64,000 bases of DNA from Eledone cirrhosa (GCA_964016885.1 OZ024761.1:1984001-2048000); one strand, 5' to 3'. Positions 12,880 to 27,425 are shown, counted from the stretch's first letter. Notes: generated from the letters alone by a model not told the origin. Numbers and translations: made by a program.

Positions 12880-13000
12880 TAAATTATAAACATTGATTTT
12901 GTTTGATTTTTTCTTGAAGTTTGTAACAATTGATAAAGCCTTTACTGTGAAATTGGTAAAGCCTTTACTGTGAAAATACAATAGTATATATATAGAGTAA

Positions 13001-14700
13001 TTTCTTTATTTGCCACCAGGGCACAAAAGGTAGGGACAGATACAAGGGGGGAAGTTTATATATAATTAACTAGTACAAAAATATAAAAATGAAATAACAA
13101 CAACAAACGAAGTCCTCAATAGGGGGGGGGGGCATTAACATGGGTCGCACACACCACGGAAAAAATGTGCAACCCTTCTCCCCAGGAGCACAAAGAGTAG
13201 GTGCTTCCCTCGTCTCCTCTTATTCCTCTTCTTTCACCTACAGGCTGATATAGAGAGAAGACCCATTCACTCTGGCCATTCTCCCTACTTTCACCCACCT
13301 TTCATAAAACTTGCTGGGGTAGAGCACCTCTCTCTCCATTCTGATCCTTCTTTTAAAATGGTATTTGAAAAAGGGGACCAGTTGTTGGCCGGAGAGAAAG
13401 GTGTCTGACCTCAGCCCTTTCAGCCTCGTCCACCATACAACTTCTTTAGCCATGGCTATCACACAGATAAAAACCGCCTCTCCTTCGTGTTTGAAAGGGG
13501 GAGGCGGTTTGATCTTGACAATGGACTCGGTGGTCAACCGGATTGGTCCCACCCTCGACAGTAGACGTTCCACATATCCCCACAGGTCAGCAATGCTTCT
13601 CCATCGAGGGACACCCTCTGTGGTATTCTAGCTATTCGTTCTGGTCTCATTTGGACCAGAACCTCCACGCTCAAACCGCCGAAAACGTCTGTGGTGACTT
13701 CTCCTACTGAGAGGATTCCGTCCTCGTCTTCTAAAAATCATGTTAGTACCCAGGAAATGCATGCATTTGGCCGGATTCCGGAGACTCTTAATTTTTGCGT
13801 TCTTTTCCCCAAATATGTGGGGAAAAATGTGTGTAGCTTGGAAACAATTGGCGACACAGAGTATTTCCTGGCCGTCAATTGATCCTTCATTAGCACCGTT
13901 ATATTCCCATAGAGTGGCCCTTTTTGTATGAACGATATATCACTCCACACATTTTGTAGGACCAGCACAATTTCTTTTTGGGATAATTGAGCTGGTTTCC
14001 TTGTTATGTTGGAAATTGTTCTGAAAGATATCGTTCTTAGTGTCGTGTCTCTTTTGATTTCTTGTGGGGAGGTGATTGTGAAGTCTCCTCCTTCTTTGAA
14101 AGTTACATACTGTTTTGCTTTCTCAGAGTTGTAATGTCCAGTTGCTTGAAGGTCTGTGTTTTTCGGACCGCCTGTGCAAAGGAGGCACCAGTAGTGGGTT
14201 CGCTTTGTTTGGTGTTATCGTTATTTTTTTCATTTTTTTCTTGGTTGGTGTTGTGACTATTGCTGTTATTGGTCGTGCTGTTATTGTCATTGTTGTTTTT
14301 GTCTGCGTTTATGTGACTTTCTGGGTTTTCACCCATTTTTACAAATTTTTCTTTTAATTCCGTGTTCCATGTTTCTTTTGCAGAAGTGAGGAGGGAAGAC
14401 TTAGAGCATTGTGCTTCTAGCTTCTCTGTATCACCTTTCTTAGGGGGCGTGGCTTTCTCGTTAGGATGAGATGTGAAAATTCCGTCCATTTCTATCAGTT
14501 TGCCGTAATAAATTTTTAAATGTAAAATTCGCCCCAAAAAGGGGCGAAAATAAATAAACTCAAAGTCTGACGACCCAGGCAAGGGGTTAACGTATATTAC
14601 AGTACAAAAACAATAAATCAAAAGTCACTTTTGAGTAAGTAAATCCAACTCGGTAGCCGAGCTTGTTCACACACGTCAACACACGTCTCTCGTATACGAG
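13001..14700 (-). mobile_element. Internally deleted L1/Tx1-like element (5' UTR and ORF1 remnant joined to the ORF2 3' end)
   Basis: ORF 13238-13573 is homologous to 119-466. ORF1-like remnant at 13700-14490 (SFAQAV motif). 3' end AATAAAGAAA on the minus strand. Flanked by copies of a 72-bp host repeat. Confidence 0.7.
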
Positions 14701-14959
14701 ATGTTATGTGAGATATTATGTGAGGTAAAGCCTTTACTGTGAAAATACAATAGTATATATAGAGTAATGTAAATGTTATGTGAGATATTATGTGAGGTAA
14801 AGCCTTTACTGTGAAAATACAATAGTATATATAGAGTAATGTTAATGCTAAAGGATCACATAGTGTGTCAGACTAAAAAATATTTAAAAAACTGATTCTG
14901 TCAGCTTATTATAGTGTAAATAAGAATTATTATGAGTGAGAATGGGAAGCATACCTATG

Positions 14960-17345
14960 AGAAGTAGGGTGTCCATTATAGAAGTAACATAGGGAGGTGT
15001 CCATGATAGAGGTAATATAGGGAGGTGTCTATTATAGAGGTAACATAGGGTGGTGTCCATTATAGAGGTAACATAGGGTGGTGTCTATTATAGAGGTAAC
15101 ATAGGGTGGTGTCCATTATAGAGGTAACATAGGGTGGTGTCTATTATAGAGGTAATGTAGGATGGTGTCCAATATAGAGGTAACATAGGGTGGTGTCTAT
15201 TATAGAGGTAACATAGGGTGGTGTCCAATATAGAGGTAATATAGGGTGGTGTCCATTATAGAGGTAATATAGGGAGGTGTCCATTATAGAGGTAATATAG
15301 GGTGGTCTATTTTACAGGTAACATAGGGTAGTGTCTAATATAGAGGTAACATAGGGTGGTGTCTATTATAGAGGTAACATAGGGTGGTGTCTATTATAGA
15401 GGTAACATATGGTGGTGTCTATTATAGAGGGAATATAGGGTGGTGTCCATTATAGAGGTAACATAGGGTGGTGTCTATTATAGAGGTAACATAGGGTGGT
15501 GTTCAATATAGAGGTAACATAGGGTGGTGTCCAATATAGAGGTAATATAGGGTGGTGTCCATAATAGAGGTAATATTGGAGATTGTCCAATATAGAGGTA
15601 ATATACGACGGTGTTCAATACAGAGGTAACATAGGGTGGTGTCTATTATAGAGGTAATATAGCGTGGTGCCCATTATAGAGGTAATAGAGGGTGGTGTCC
15701 ATTATAGAGGTAACATAGCATGTGTCCATTATAGAGGTAATATAGGGTGGTATATAATATAGAGGTAACATAGGGTGGTGTCTATTATAGAGGTAACATA
15801 TTGTGGTGTCTATAATAGAGGTAATATAGGGTGGTGTCCAATGGAGATAACATAGAAGGGTGTCTTATATAGAGGTAACATAGCGTGGTGTACATTACAG
15901 AGGTAACATAGGTAGGTGCCCAAAATAGAGGTAACATAGGGTGGTGTCTCTTATAGAGGTAATATAGGGTGGTGTCTAATATAGAAGTAACATCGGGTGG
16001 TGTACATTATAGAGGTAATATAGGAGGGTGTCCATTATAGAGGTAATATAGGGTGGTGTCTAATATAGAGGTAACATAGGGTGGTGTCTATTATAGAGGT
16101 AACAAAGGGTGGTGTCTATTTTCGAGGTAAAATAGGATGGTGTTCAATATAGAGCTAACATAGGGTGGTGTCTATTATAAAGGTATCTTAGGGTGGTGTC
16201 CATTATAGAGGTAACATAAAGTGGTGTCCAATATAGAGGTAATATAGGGTGGTGTCTATTATAGAGGTAATATAGGGTGGTGTCTATTATAGAGGTAACA
16301 AAAAGTGGTGTCCAATATAGAGGTAACATAGCCTGGTGTCTAATATACAGGTAATATAGGGTGGTGTCTATTATAGAGGGAATATAGGGTTGTGTCGTTT
16401 ATAGAGTTAACATAGGGTGGTGTACAATATACAGGTAAAATAGGGTGGTTTCTCATATAGAGGTAATATAGGGTGGTGTTCATTATAGAGGTAATATAGG
16501 GTGGTGTTCATTATAGAGGTAATATAGGGTGGTGTCTATTGTAGAGGTAAGATAGGCTGGTGTCCGTTATAGATATAACATAGGGTGGTGTCTACTATAG
16601 AGGTAACTTAGGGCGGTGTCTATTATAGAGGTAACATAGGGTGGTGTCCATTATAGAGGTTATATAGGGTGGTCTCCATTATAGAGGTTATATAGGGTGG
16701 TGTCCATTATAGAGGTAACATAGGAGGGTGTCTATTATAGAGGTGACATAGGGTGTGGTCTATTGTAAAGGTAAGATAGGGTGGTGTCTATTATAGAGGT
16801 ACCATAGGGCGGTGTCTATTATAAAGGTAACATAGGGTGGTGTCCGTTATAGATGTAACATAGGGTGGTGTCTAGTATAGAGGTTACTTAGGGCAGTGTC
16901 TATTATAGAGGTAACATAGGGTGGTGTCCTTTATAGAGGTAACATAGGGTAGTGTCTATTATAGAGGTAACATAGGGTGGTGTCCATTATAGAGGTAACA
17001 TAGGGTGGTGTCCATTATAGAGGTAACACAGGGTGGTGTCCATTATAGAGGTTATATAAGGTAGTATCTATTATAGAGGTAACATAGGGTGGTGTCCTTT
17101 ATAGAGGTAACACAGGGTGGTGTCTATTATAGAGGTAAGAGAGGGGGGTGTCTATTATAGAGGTAACATCGGGTGATGCCCATTTTAGAGGTATTGTAGT
17201 GTGGTGTCAATTATAGATGTAACATAGGGAGGTGTCCAATATAGAGGTAATATAGAATGGTGTCTGTTATAGAGATAACATAGGTGGGTGTCTGTTATAG
17301 AGGTGACATAGGGTGGTGTCCAATATAGAGGTTACATAGGGAGGT
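14960..17345. repeat. 28-bp minisatellite, left block
   Basis: Consensus TATAGAGGTAACATAGGGTGGTGTCTAT, about 85 diverged copies. Confidence 0.97.
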
Positions 17346-20300
17346 GGATCAGCTTGCCGCCTCTGCGGGCAAAGTTTTCGAGGTGACGAATGCCGGAGGC
17401 AGCAACCCCGTTGCCGCTGTTCACCACCCAGCTCGGCCCACACACGGCCATGCGTTCTACGCGGCAGCGCCAATAGACAGCGCAACCATTATGGCAATGC
17501 AAAGGTCCATTCAGGAACTCACCATAGAGCTCCACAAGATGAAGGCCTTGTGTGGTGCCCGTTCGCGCCCCCGCAGTCGCGGGAGATCGCAAAGTTTAGA
17601 CGTGGTTCAAAATCACCAAGTTCATCTTTATGCTGGTACCACGGGCGATTTGCTGAGAACGCGAATCACTGCGTGCAACCTTGCTCCTTTCATAAGGCGG
17701 GAAACGCCTAAGAGGTCTGCTGATGGGGACAGTTGACCTCAACATAAAGCCACCAAACCGCCATTTCTTCACTAAGGACCTAATGTCCGGAAGAGGTTTC
17801 CTCGTGGATACAGGAGCCTCCTATAGTATTTGGCCGGTCCATTTCCTGAAAGATACCCCCATATAGTCATCTGTTACGCTGCAGGCAGTTAACCACTCGT
17901 CTATAAAGACGTACGGGCAAATCTCGCTTCCTCTTAAATTCCTAAATCTGCGTAGGGATTTTAAGTGGATTTTTACGGTTGCCGATTTGCCATACCCCAT
18001 CTTAGGAGCGGATTTCCTCCACAACTTCTCTTTAACTGTGGACGTCCGTGGCCAACGCCTGGTGGATAACATCACCGGCTTTTCAATTCATGGCCAGGAA
18101 GCCAATGCTCCAATAGTCAGCCCCATGTTCTTCGTCGCTGCCGCTGGAGACACCTACCATTCGTTGCTGGGTTCTTTCCCGGAGCTCACCGATGGAAATT
18201 TTCGAGTCACTGACCCAACACACTCAACTGAACATTTCATTTCCACCACCGGTGTTCCAGTGTTTTCGCGTCCACGCCGCTTACTGACGGAAAAATTAAA
18301 GGCAGCACGGTCCGAGTTCGACCATATGCTGCAGCTGGGCATTATTCGCCCATCTACGAGTCCTTGGGCTTCACCGTTACACATGGTGCCCAAGAATTCC
18401 GGCGACTGGAGACCCACTGGGGATTATAGGAGGTTAAATGCCATGACCGTCCCGGATAGGTATCCCATTCCCCATCTCCATGATTTTGCATCTTCACTGC
18501 AGGGGTGTAAGATTTTTTCTAATTTAGATTTAGTGCGAGCCTACCACCAAATTCCGGTCAGGAAGGAGGATATTCCAAAAACGGCGATTACAACCCCTTT
18601 CGGATAATTCGAATTTTTTACCATGCCTTTCGGGCTCAGGAACGCCGCTAGCACTTTTCAGCGGTTCATAGACGAGGTCACGCGTGGTCTGGACTTCGTT
18701 TATGCTTACATAGACGATATTCTCGTCGCTAGTTCCTCTCCGGAAGAGCATATGCGCCACATGCTTCTCTTATTTCGGCGACTTCAGGATTACCGCTTTC
18801 GCGTGAATCCAGCAAAGTGCGTTTTCGGTTCCACTTCCCTAAATTTTTTAGGCCACCTTATCGACGCCGAAGGTATTAGGCCGCTCCCTCAGCGAGTTCA
18901 AGCCATACAGGAGTTACCTCCGCCCACTACACTTCACCAGTTGCGTCACTTCTTAGGCCTAATCAATTTTTATAGGCGATTCGTTCCTCATTGTGCTAAT
19001 TTGCTATCTTCCCTTACTGACATTTTAAAAAATCGTCGTAAGAAGAATGAAGACATTTCCTTGGCACAAGGACAGCTTCAGGACTTCCAGTCTGCCAAGA
19101 CAGCACTCGCTAGTTCATCTTTGCTAGCCCACCCGGTACCAGAGGCAAACTTTCGCTTTGTGTTGTTGTATCTGATACCGCTGTGGGAGCAGTTTTACAG
19201 CAGTGCTACGCTGAAAACCAACAACCTTTGGCATTTTTCTCGAGTAAGTTGAAACCAGCAGAAACGCGTTATAGCACGTTTGGGCGGGAATTATTAGCCA
19301 TATATCTGTCGGTGAAACATTTCTCTCATATTCTTGAGGGGAGAAATTTTACAGTTTTTACCGACCACAAACCTTTGACCTTCGCTTTGAGGGCTAAAGC
19401 CGACAGATATTCGCCCAGAGAGACAAGGCACCTGGACTACGTTTCACAATTTACAAACGATATCCAGCACATTGCCGGCTCGCACAACATAGCTGCAGAG
19501 GCATTGTCACGTTTGCCAATTAGCTCCATCTCGTCATCCCAGGAGATCGACTTAAGTCGTTTAGCTGCAGACCAACCTGCACTCCAATCGTTGGACACTC
19601 TTTCTGCTGAATTTGCGACTTGCATTTTCAAATATCTGCCCTTGTCCACCACCGACAGGCAGATTCTATGTGATGTATCTCCGGATGCATCATGACCCCT
19701 TGTTCCTGAGACCACCGTCGAATTGTGTTCCTGGCTTTGCACAACATTTCTCATTCAGGATCTGCTTCCACAGTAAAGCTCATAACAGTCAGATTCTTCT
19801 GGCCAAATATGAGGCGCGACATTGCTGCTTGGTGCCGCTCCTGCATCGCTTGCCAGAAATCGAAAATCCATAGACACATCCGGACTCCACTTGGTACTTT
19901 CAGTACTCCAGATGCTCGGTTTCAACACATCCACATTGTCATCGTTGGACCATGGCCATTCAGCAGTGGATATTCATAAATATTGATCTGTGTCGATCGT
20001 TTTTCGCGATGGCCTGAAGCCATCCCTTTACAAGACATGACTGCTGAAACTGTAGCACGTGCCCTGGTATCAGGGTGGATTACCCGCTTTGGGGTACCAA
20101 CTACACTCACCACAGACCGTGGCAGACAATTCGAGTCCCATCTCTTCTCTGAGCTCACAAAGATAAAAATTTACCACGTAAATTTGCCGTTGAAAACTGC
20201 GCATTTATTCAGAATACTTATTTCTCTGGTCGCTGGCCTCTTGACCCTTCCAGGTCAACGCATTCACAACATCAACAACAACAACACAGCTTCATCAACA

Positions 20301-21061
20301 ACCAAAACCAGCAGAACAAGCCAGAGAATTTATTTCTGCAGCACTCTTCCTGTGAGAAATTCCCTTCGGAAGTTGGAAATTTCACGTTATACCACAGACC
20401 AGAAACCACCTGCATTCATTCTCTGGAACACATTCTTTCCTGCTGTCATGTGATTGCACACATGTGAACTGTATTTTGAACTTTGACCTCTTCTCTTCCT
20501 ATGATTACATTGTATCATAATTTTCATGCCTCTTACATGCTCACCATCTTACTCCATGCATGCTTCATTCGATTTTTATGTTTTAAAAATCTGGCGGGAG
20601 ATAATGTAGCAAGAGTTGCCTCCCTTGTCATGACAATCTCATCACCGCTCTCTAGACAGGAAGTAGCTGGAGTTGCTTCCCTTTGGGGTTGACAGACTCC
20701 CTGTTGGTCACTTCCGGTCAGACCCTATAAAAGGAACAGGTCAGGACAGTCTTTCTCTCTCGCCTCCTGAATTCCAAAGTGGTAACACCTGCGACCTTAG
20801 CATGAGATGATTCCTTTCTCATAATCCTTCGCCACCACGAAGAATGCAACATGCAGCCTAAGAGCCTAAGAAGATGTTAACACCTCCAAGAGAAGATCTC
20901 TGTTCTTCTACATAGACTTCAGCCTGGAGTTGTGATCCACGAGTAATGATTTATTTATATTAATCGCTTTGACTTCTATGAAGTAAAAACATTATCACAA
21001 CACACACCGGCATTTATTGTCTTTTGTAATAATTTTATATGTACACCGATGAATCTCCTAA
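17345..21061 (+). mobile_element. Ty3/Gypsy LTR retrotransposon, 5'-truncated and frameshifted
   Basis: gag remnant, protease FLVDTGAS (about 17797), RT SPWASP/DYRRLN/MPFGL/YIDD, RNase H (ELLAI, TDHKPL), integrase HHCC and DRFSRW/TDRGRQF. Gypsy domain order. Confidence 0.95.
20605..21061 (+). mobile_element. Probable 3' LTR of the Gypsy element
   Basis: Purine-rich PPT-like GGCGGGAGATAA immediately before TGTAGC. Internal TATAAAAG near 20725. No matching 5' LTR in the window. Confidence 0.6.
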
Positions 21062-22817
21062 AGATGTAACATAGGGTGGTGTCTAGTATAGAGGTAACTT
21101 AGGGCGGTGTCTATTATAGAGGTTACATAGGGTGGTGTCCAATATAGAGGTAACTTAGGGTGGTGTCTATTATAGAGGTAACACAGGGTGGTATCTATTA
21201 TAGAGGTAACATAGGGTGGTGTCTATTATAAAGGTATCATAGAGTGATGCCCATTTTAGAGGTAATGTAGGATGGTGTCCATTATAGAGGTAACATAGGG
21301 TGGTGTCCATTATAGAGGTTATATATGTTGGTGTCTATTATAGAGGTAATATAGGGTGGTGTCTATTATAGAGGTAATATAGGGTGGTGTCTATTATAGA
21401 GGTAATATAGGGTGGTGTCTATTATAGAGGTAATATAGGGTAGTATCTATTGTAGAGGTAACACAGGGTGGTGTCTATTATAGAGGTGACATAGGGTGGT
21501 GTCCAATATCGAGGTTACATAGGGAGGTGTCCAATATAGATGTAACTTAGGGCAGTGTCTATTATAGAGGTAACTAAGGGCGGTGTCTATTATAGAGGTA
21601 ACTAAGGGCGGTGTCTATTATAGAAGTAACATAGGGTGGTGTCCTTTATAGAGGTAACATAGGGTGGTATCTATTATAGAGGTAACACAGGGTGGTATCT
21701 ATTATAGAGGTAACATAGGGTGGTGTCTATTATAGAGGTAATATAGGGTGTGTCTATTATAGAGGTAATGTAGGGTGGTGTCCATTATAGAGGTAACATA
21801 GGGAAGTGTCCCATATAGAGGTAATATATGTTGGTGTCTATTATAGAGGTAATATAGGGTGTGTCTATTATAGAGGTAATATAGGGTGTGTCTATTATAG
21901 AGGTAATATAGGGTGGTGTCCAATATAGAGGTAACATCGGGTGATGCCCATTTTAGAGGTAATGTAGGGTGGTGTCTATTATAGAGATAACATAGGAGGG
22001 TGTCTATTATAGAGGTGACATAGGGTGGTGTACAATATAGATGTAACTTAGGGCAGTGTCTATTATAGAGGTAGCATAGGGTGGTGTCTATTATCGAGGT
22101 AAAATAGGATGGTGTCCAATATAGAGGTAACATAGGAGGGTGTTCAATATAGGTGTAACATAGGGTAGTGTCTAATATAGTGGTAAAATAGGGTGGTGTC
22201 TATTCTAGAGGTAATATAGGAGGGTGTCAAAATAGAGGTAACATAGGGTGGTGTACATTACAGAGGTAACATAGGAGCCTGTCCATTAATGAGGTAATAT
22301 AGGGTGGTGTCTAATATAGAGGTAATATAGGGTGGTGTCCAATATAGAGGTAAGATAGGGTGGTGTCTATTATAGAGGTAATATAGGGTGGTGTCTATTA
22401 TAGAGGTAACAAAGGGTGGTGTCAATTTTAGAGGTAAAATAGGATGGTGTCCAATATAGAGGTAACATAGGGTGGTGTCTAATATAGAGGTAATATAAGG
22501 TGCTGTCCATTATAGAGGTAACATAGGGTAGTGTCCATTATAGAGGTAACATAGGGTGGTGTCCATTATAGAGGTAATATAGGGTGGTGTCCAATATAGA
22601 GGTAACATCGGGTGATGCCCAATATAGATGTAATAGAGGGTGGTGTCTATTATAGAGATAACATAGGAGGGTGTCTATTTTAGAGGTAACATAGGAGGGG
22701 GTCTTATATAGAGGTAACATAGGGTTGTGTACATTATAGAGGTAACATAGGGTGGTGCCAAAAATAGAGGTAACATAGGGTGGTGTCTCTTATAGAGGTA
22801 TCATAGGGGGGTGTCTA

Positions 22818-22820
<3 letters not shown>
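21062..22820. repeat. 28-bp minisatellite, right block
   Basis: Same consensus as 14960-17345. Confidence 0.97.
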
Positions 22821-22850
<30 letters not shown>

Positions 22851-24786
22851 AATATTCTGTACAGTGCTCAGGTGCACTACAACTCATCAAAAAGTGTATG
22901 TATAGTAAATAGGGTAATGTACAAACACCAGGAAAATGAACAGTGCATGAGCCATGATACACACATGTGTGCATGTGTATGGAAGGGGTACATCAGGTGT
23001 AGTTTTGGCGTATTTCGGGAAGCATGAGTGTCTTAAAGGATGCAGTGTCTCGGCAGCTAACAACTGACGCAGGCAGTTTGTTCCATGCTCAGCAACTCTG
23101 AGCGTGAAAAATGTCTACGAAAGTCATGGGAGCTGTGCTGTTTTCTGATTTTGTAGGCATGTCCATGTGTGTTAGACACATGGAGATCAAAAAGGTGTTC
23201 AGGGTTGCAATTGGCGAGATGGTTAATAACTTTGTGGGTATTCATCAAGTCCATTGCCAGACGGAGCTTCAATGAATCCATGCCCAGGGAAGCAAGGCGT
23301 TCAGAGTATGGTAGGTGTCTGATGGAGGGTATGCGCTTGGTTGCACGTCTCTGAACAGTTTCCAGGAGGTCAATGTTCTGAGCAAGATAGGGGTTCCAGA
23401 CTGATGATGCGAATTCCAAGTGTGGTCGTACCATAGCTGTATACAGTTTTAAATAGATGGCTGGAGGGCGGCTAACAAAGATCTTGCTGAGTGATGCCAA
23501 GACACCCTCAGCCTTCTTGACAATCTTAGAGACATGCTTTGTCCAACGCAAATCGCTGCTGACAGTAATGCCCAGGTCGCGTTCACAAGAGGACTTCTTG
23601 ATATCAGTGTTGTGGAGGGAGTATGTGGACGCTGGATTTTCCCTCCCAAAATGCATGGTGGTACACTTGTCCACAGCCAGCTTCAGTTGCCAGTCTGTGA
23701 TCCATTGCTGCATTGTGTCCAGGTCTGATTGTAGGAAAGTGTTGAAGATTTCAGGATCAGTCCTTTTGATTTCAAGGTACAGCTTGATGTCATCTGCATA
23801 TTTCAGTACCGTGGCATTCTGTAAGTTGGCATCTATGTCATTAATATATGCCACAAACAAAAGGGGACCAAGAACAGATCTCTGTGGTACACCAGGTGAC
23901 ATCTCATATGGTGAAGAACGCTGTCCTAGAACCGTGACTACTTCTTTTCGACTGAGAATGAAGGATTTCAATCAGTCGAAAAGATCATCCCTCACACCCA
24001 TTGCAGAGAGTTTTGCCATAAGTCTTTTGTGTGGCACAGAATTAAAAGCCTTAGCAAAGTCAAGGTAAACAACATCCACCCATGAGCCGCTGTCAGTGAT
24101 CCGGGTGATGTCTTCAAGGAACTCGATAAGCTGATCACAGCAGCTGGAGTTAGGGATAAATCCAAACTGTGAGGGCCGGATGAGGCTGTGAGAGCTCCAG
24201 AAGTTCCAAAGTGTTTCTCTGACACAGGATTCCATCAGTTTGGCCATACAGTTAGTAAGACTGACTGGACGATAGTTGACAGGTGACATGTGGTCGCCCT
24301 TTTTGAACAGGGGAATGACACTGGCAGTTTTCCACTGCTCCGGAGTAGCACCATTGTTGAGACAGTATTGAAAGAAGAAAGAAAGCTGGTGCAAAAGGAA
24401 GTACCCGCCACGTTTGAGAAGCAGGTATGTAACACCATAAAGACCATGGGACGCATAGTTGCGCTTATTCTTAAGGTGACGTCGCAACATTGCAGAGGTA
24501 AATTCCATAGTTGTTATGGAATTTGATGTTAGAGATGGTGGAGATGGTACATTCTGGTTTTCAACAGTAAAAATACTTGCATAGCACTCAGCAATGAGTT
24601 CTGCGCATTCTTTGGGATCGTCAGTGATCTGGCTTGTGTGGGGATTGTGAAGAGGACCAACTGGAGAGTGAGGTCTCTGCTTTGAATGAACATATTTCCA
24701 GAACACCTTACTGTCAGGATTAGTTGCTATGCACTGTTCAAATTCAAGCACTGCCTTCTTTGTCACTTGCTTGAGATGGTTAGAAG
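22818..24786 (-). mobile_element. CR1-group LINE, 5'-truncated RT
   Basis: IPLFKKG, NYRPVSLT, VYLDFAKAF, GVPQRSVLGP, KYADDIK, RDLGI, VRPHLEFA, QRRATK. One in-frame stop at 23972. (TTA)n tail at 22818-22848. Confidence 0.93.
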
Positions 24787-27279
24787 ATGACCACTACCAT
24801 CAGACACACCATCTGTAGGGAGGGACTTGATATAGAGGTGGGATGACCACTACCATCAGACACACCATCTGTAGGGAGGGACTTGATATAGAGGTGGGAT
24901 GACCACTACCATCAGACACACCATCTGTAGGGAGGGACTTGATATAGAGGTGGGATGACCACTACCATCAGACACACCATCTGTAGGGAGGGACTTGATA
25001 TAGAGGTGGGATGACCACTACCATCAGACACACCATCTGTAGGGAGGGACTTGATATAGAGGTGGGATGACCACTACCATCAGACACACCATCTATAGGG
25101 AGGGACTTCATATAGAGCTGGGATGACCACTACCATTAGACACACCATCTATAGGGAGGGACTTCATATAGAGCTGGGATGACCACTACCATTAGACACA
25201 CCATCTGTAGGGTGGGACTTGATATAGAAGTGGGATGACCACTACCATCAGACACACCATCTGTAGGGTGGGACTTGATATAGAGGTGGGATGACCACTA
25301 CCATCAGACACACCATCTGTAGGGAGGGACTTGATATAGAGGTGGGATGACCACTACCATCAGACACACCATCTGTAGGGAGGGACTTGATATAGAGGTG
25401 GGATGACCACTACCATAAGACACATCATCTGTAGGGTGGGACTTGATATAGAGGTGGGATGACCACTACCATCAGACACACCATCTGTAGGGAGGGACTT
25501 GATATAGAGGTGGGATGACCACTACCATCAGACACACCATCTGTAGGGAGGGACTTGATATAGAGGTGGGATGACCACTACCATCAGACACACCATCTGT
25601 AGGGAGGGACTTGATATAGAGGTGGGATGACCACTACCATCAGACACACCATCTGTAGGGAGGGACTTGATATAGAGGTGGGATGACCACTACCATCAGA
25701 CACACCATCTGTAGGGAGGGACTTGATATAGAGGTGGGATGACCACTACCATCAGACACACCATCTGTAGGGAGGGACTTGATATAGAGGTGGGATGACC
25801 ACTACCATCAGACACACCATCTGTAGGGAGGGACTTGATATAGAGGTGGGATGACCACTACCATCAGACACACCATCTGTAGGGAGGGACTTGATATAGA
25901 GGTGGGATGACCACTACCATCAGACACACCATCTGTAGGGTGGGACTTGATATAGAGGTGGGATGACCACTACCATAAGACACATCATCTGTAGGGTGGG
26001 ACTTGATATAGAGGTGGGATGACCACTACCATCAGACACACCATCTGTAGGGAGGGACTTGATATAGAGGTGGGATGACCACTACCATCAGACACACCAT
26101 CTGTAGGGAGGGACTTGATATAGAGGTGGGATGACCACTACCATAAGACACATCATCTGTAGGGTGGGACTTGATATAGAGGTGGGATGACCACTACCAT
26201 CAGACACACCATCTGTAGGGAGGGACTTGATATAGAGGTGGGATGACCACTACCATCAGACACACCATCTGTAGGGAGGGACTTGATATAGAGGTGGGAT
26301 GACCACTACCATCAGACACACCATCTGTAGGGAGGGACTTGATATAGAGGTGGGATGACCACTACCATAAGACACATCATCTGTAGGGTGGGACTTGATA
26401 TAGAGGTGGGATGACCACTACCATCAGACACACCATCTGTAGGGAGGGACTTGATATAGAGGTGGGATGACCACTACCATCAGACAAACCATCTGTAGGG
26501 AGGGACTTGATATAGAGGTGGGATGACCACTACCATCAGACACACCATCTGTAGGGTGGGACTTGATATAGAGGTGGGATGACCACTACCATCAGACACA
26601 CCATCTGTAGGGAGGGACTTGATATAGAGGTGGGATGACCACTACCATCAGACACATCATCTGTAGGGTGGGACTTGATATAGAGGTGGGATGACCACTA
26701 CCATCAGACACACCATCTGTAGGGAGGGACTTGATATAGAGGTGGGATGACCACTACCATCAGACACACCATCTGTAGGGAGGGACTTGATATAGAGGTG
26801 GGATGACCACTACCATAAGACACATCATCTGTAGGGTGGGACTTGATATAGAGGTGGGATGACCACTACCATCAGACACACCATCTGTAGGGTGGGACTT
26901 GATATAGAGGTGGGATGACCACTACCATCAGACACATCATCTGTAGGGTGGGACTTGATATAGAGGTGGGATGACCACTACCATCAGACAAACCATCTGT
27001 AGGGAGGGACTTGATATAGAGGTGGGATGACCACTACCATCAGACACACCATCTGTAGGGTGGGACTTGATATAGAGGTGGGATGACCACTACCATAAGA
27101 CACATCATCTGTAGGGTGGGACTTGATATAGAGGTGGGATGACCACTACCATCAGACAAACCATCTGTAGGGAGGGACTTGATATAGAGGTGGGATGACC
27201 ACTACCATCAGACACACCATCTGTAGGGTGGGACTTGATATAGAGGTGGGATGACCACTACGATTAGACACACCATCTG
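24786..27279. repeat. 56-bp minisatellite, about 44 highly homogeneous copies
   Basis: Unit GATGACCACTACCATCAGACACACCATCTGTAGGGAGGGACTTGATATAGAGGTGG. Confidence 0.98.
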
Positions 27280-27425
27280 AGACAGCTTTCTTGTTAACCC
27301 TGAATAAAAAAAAATGTCACGGTATTTGGCATGATAAATACAAAGAGTTTATTCCACATTTGAACCCATTCAGGCATAGGTTGGTGAGAGCTATCCTGGC
27401 TCAGGACATTAATTATATCAAGGCT

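Noticed and set aside
14960-27279. CRISPR-like appearance of the 28- and 56-bp arrays (also the 36- and 47-bp arrays)
   Set aside because: Units are head-to-tail with no unique spacers, there are no cas genes, and the context is eukaryotic.
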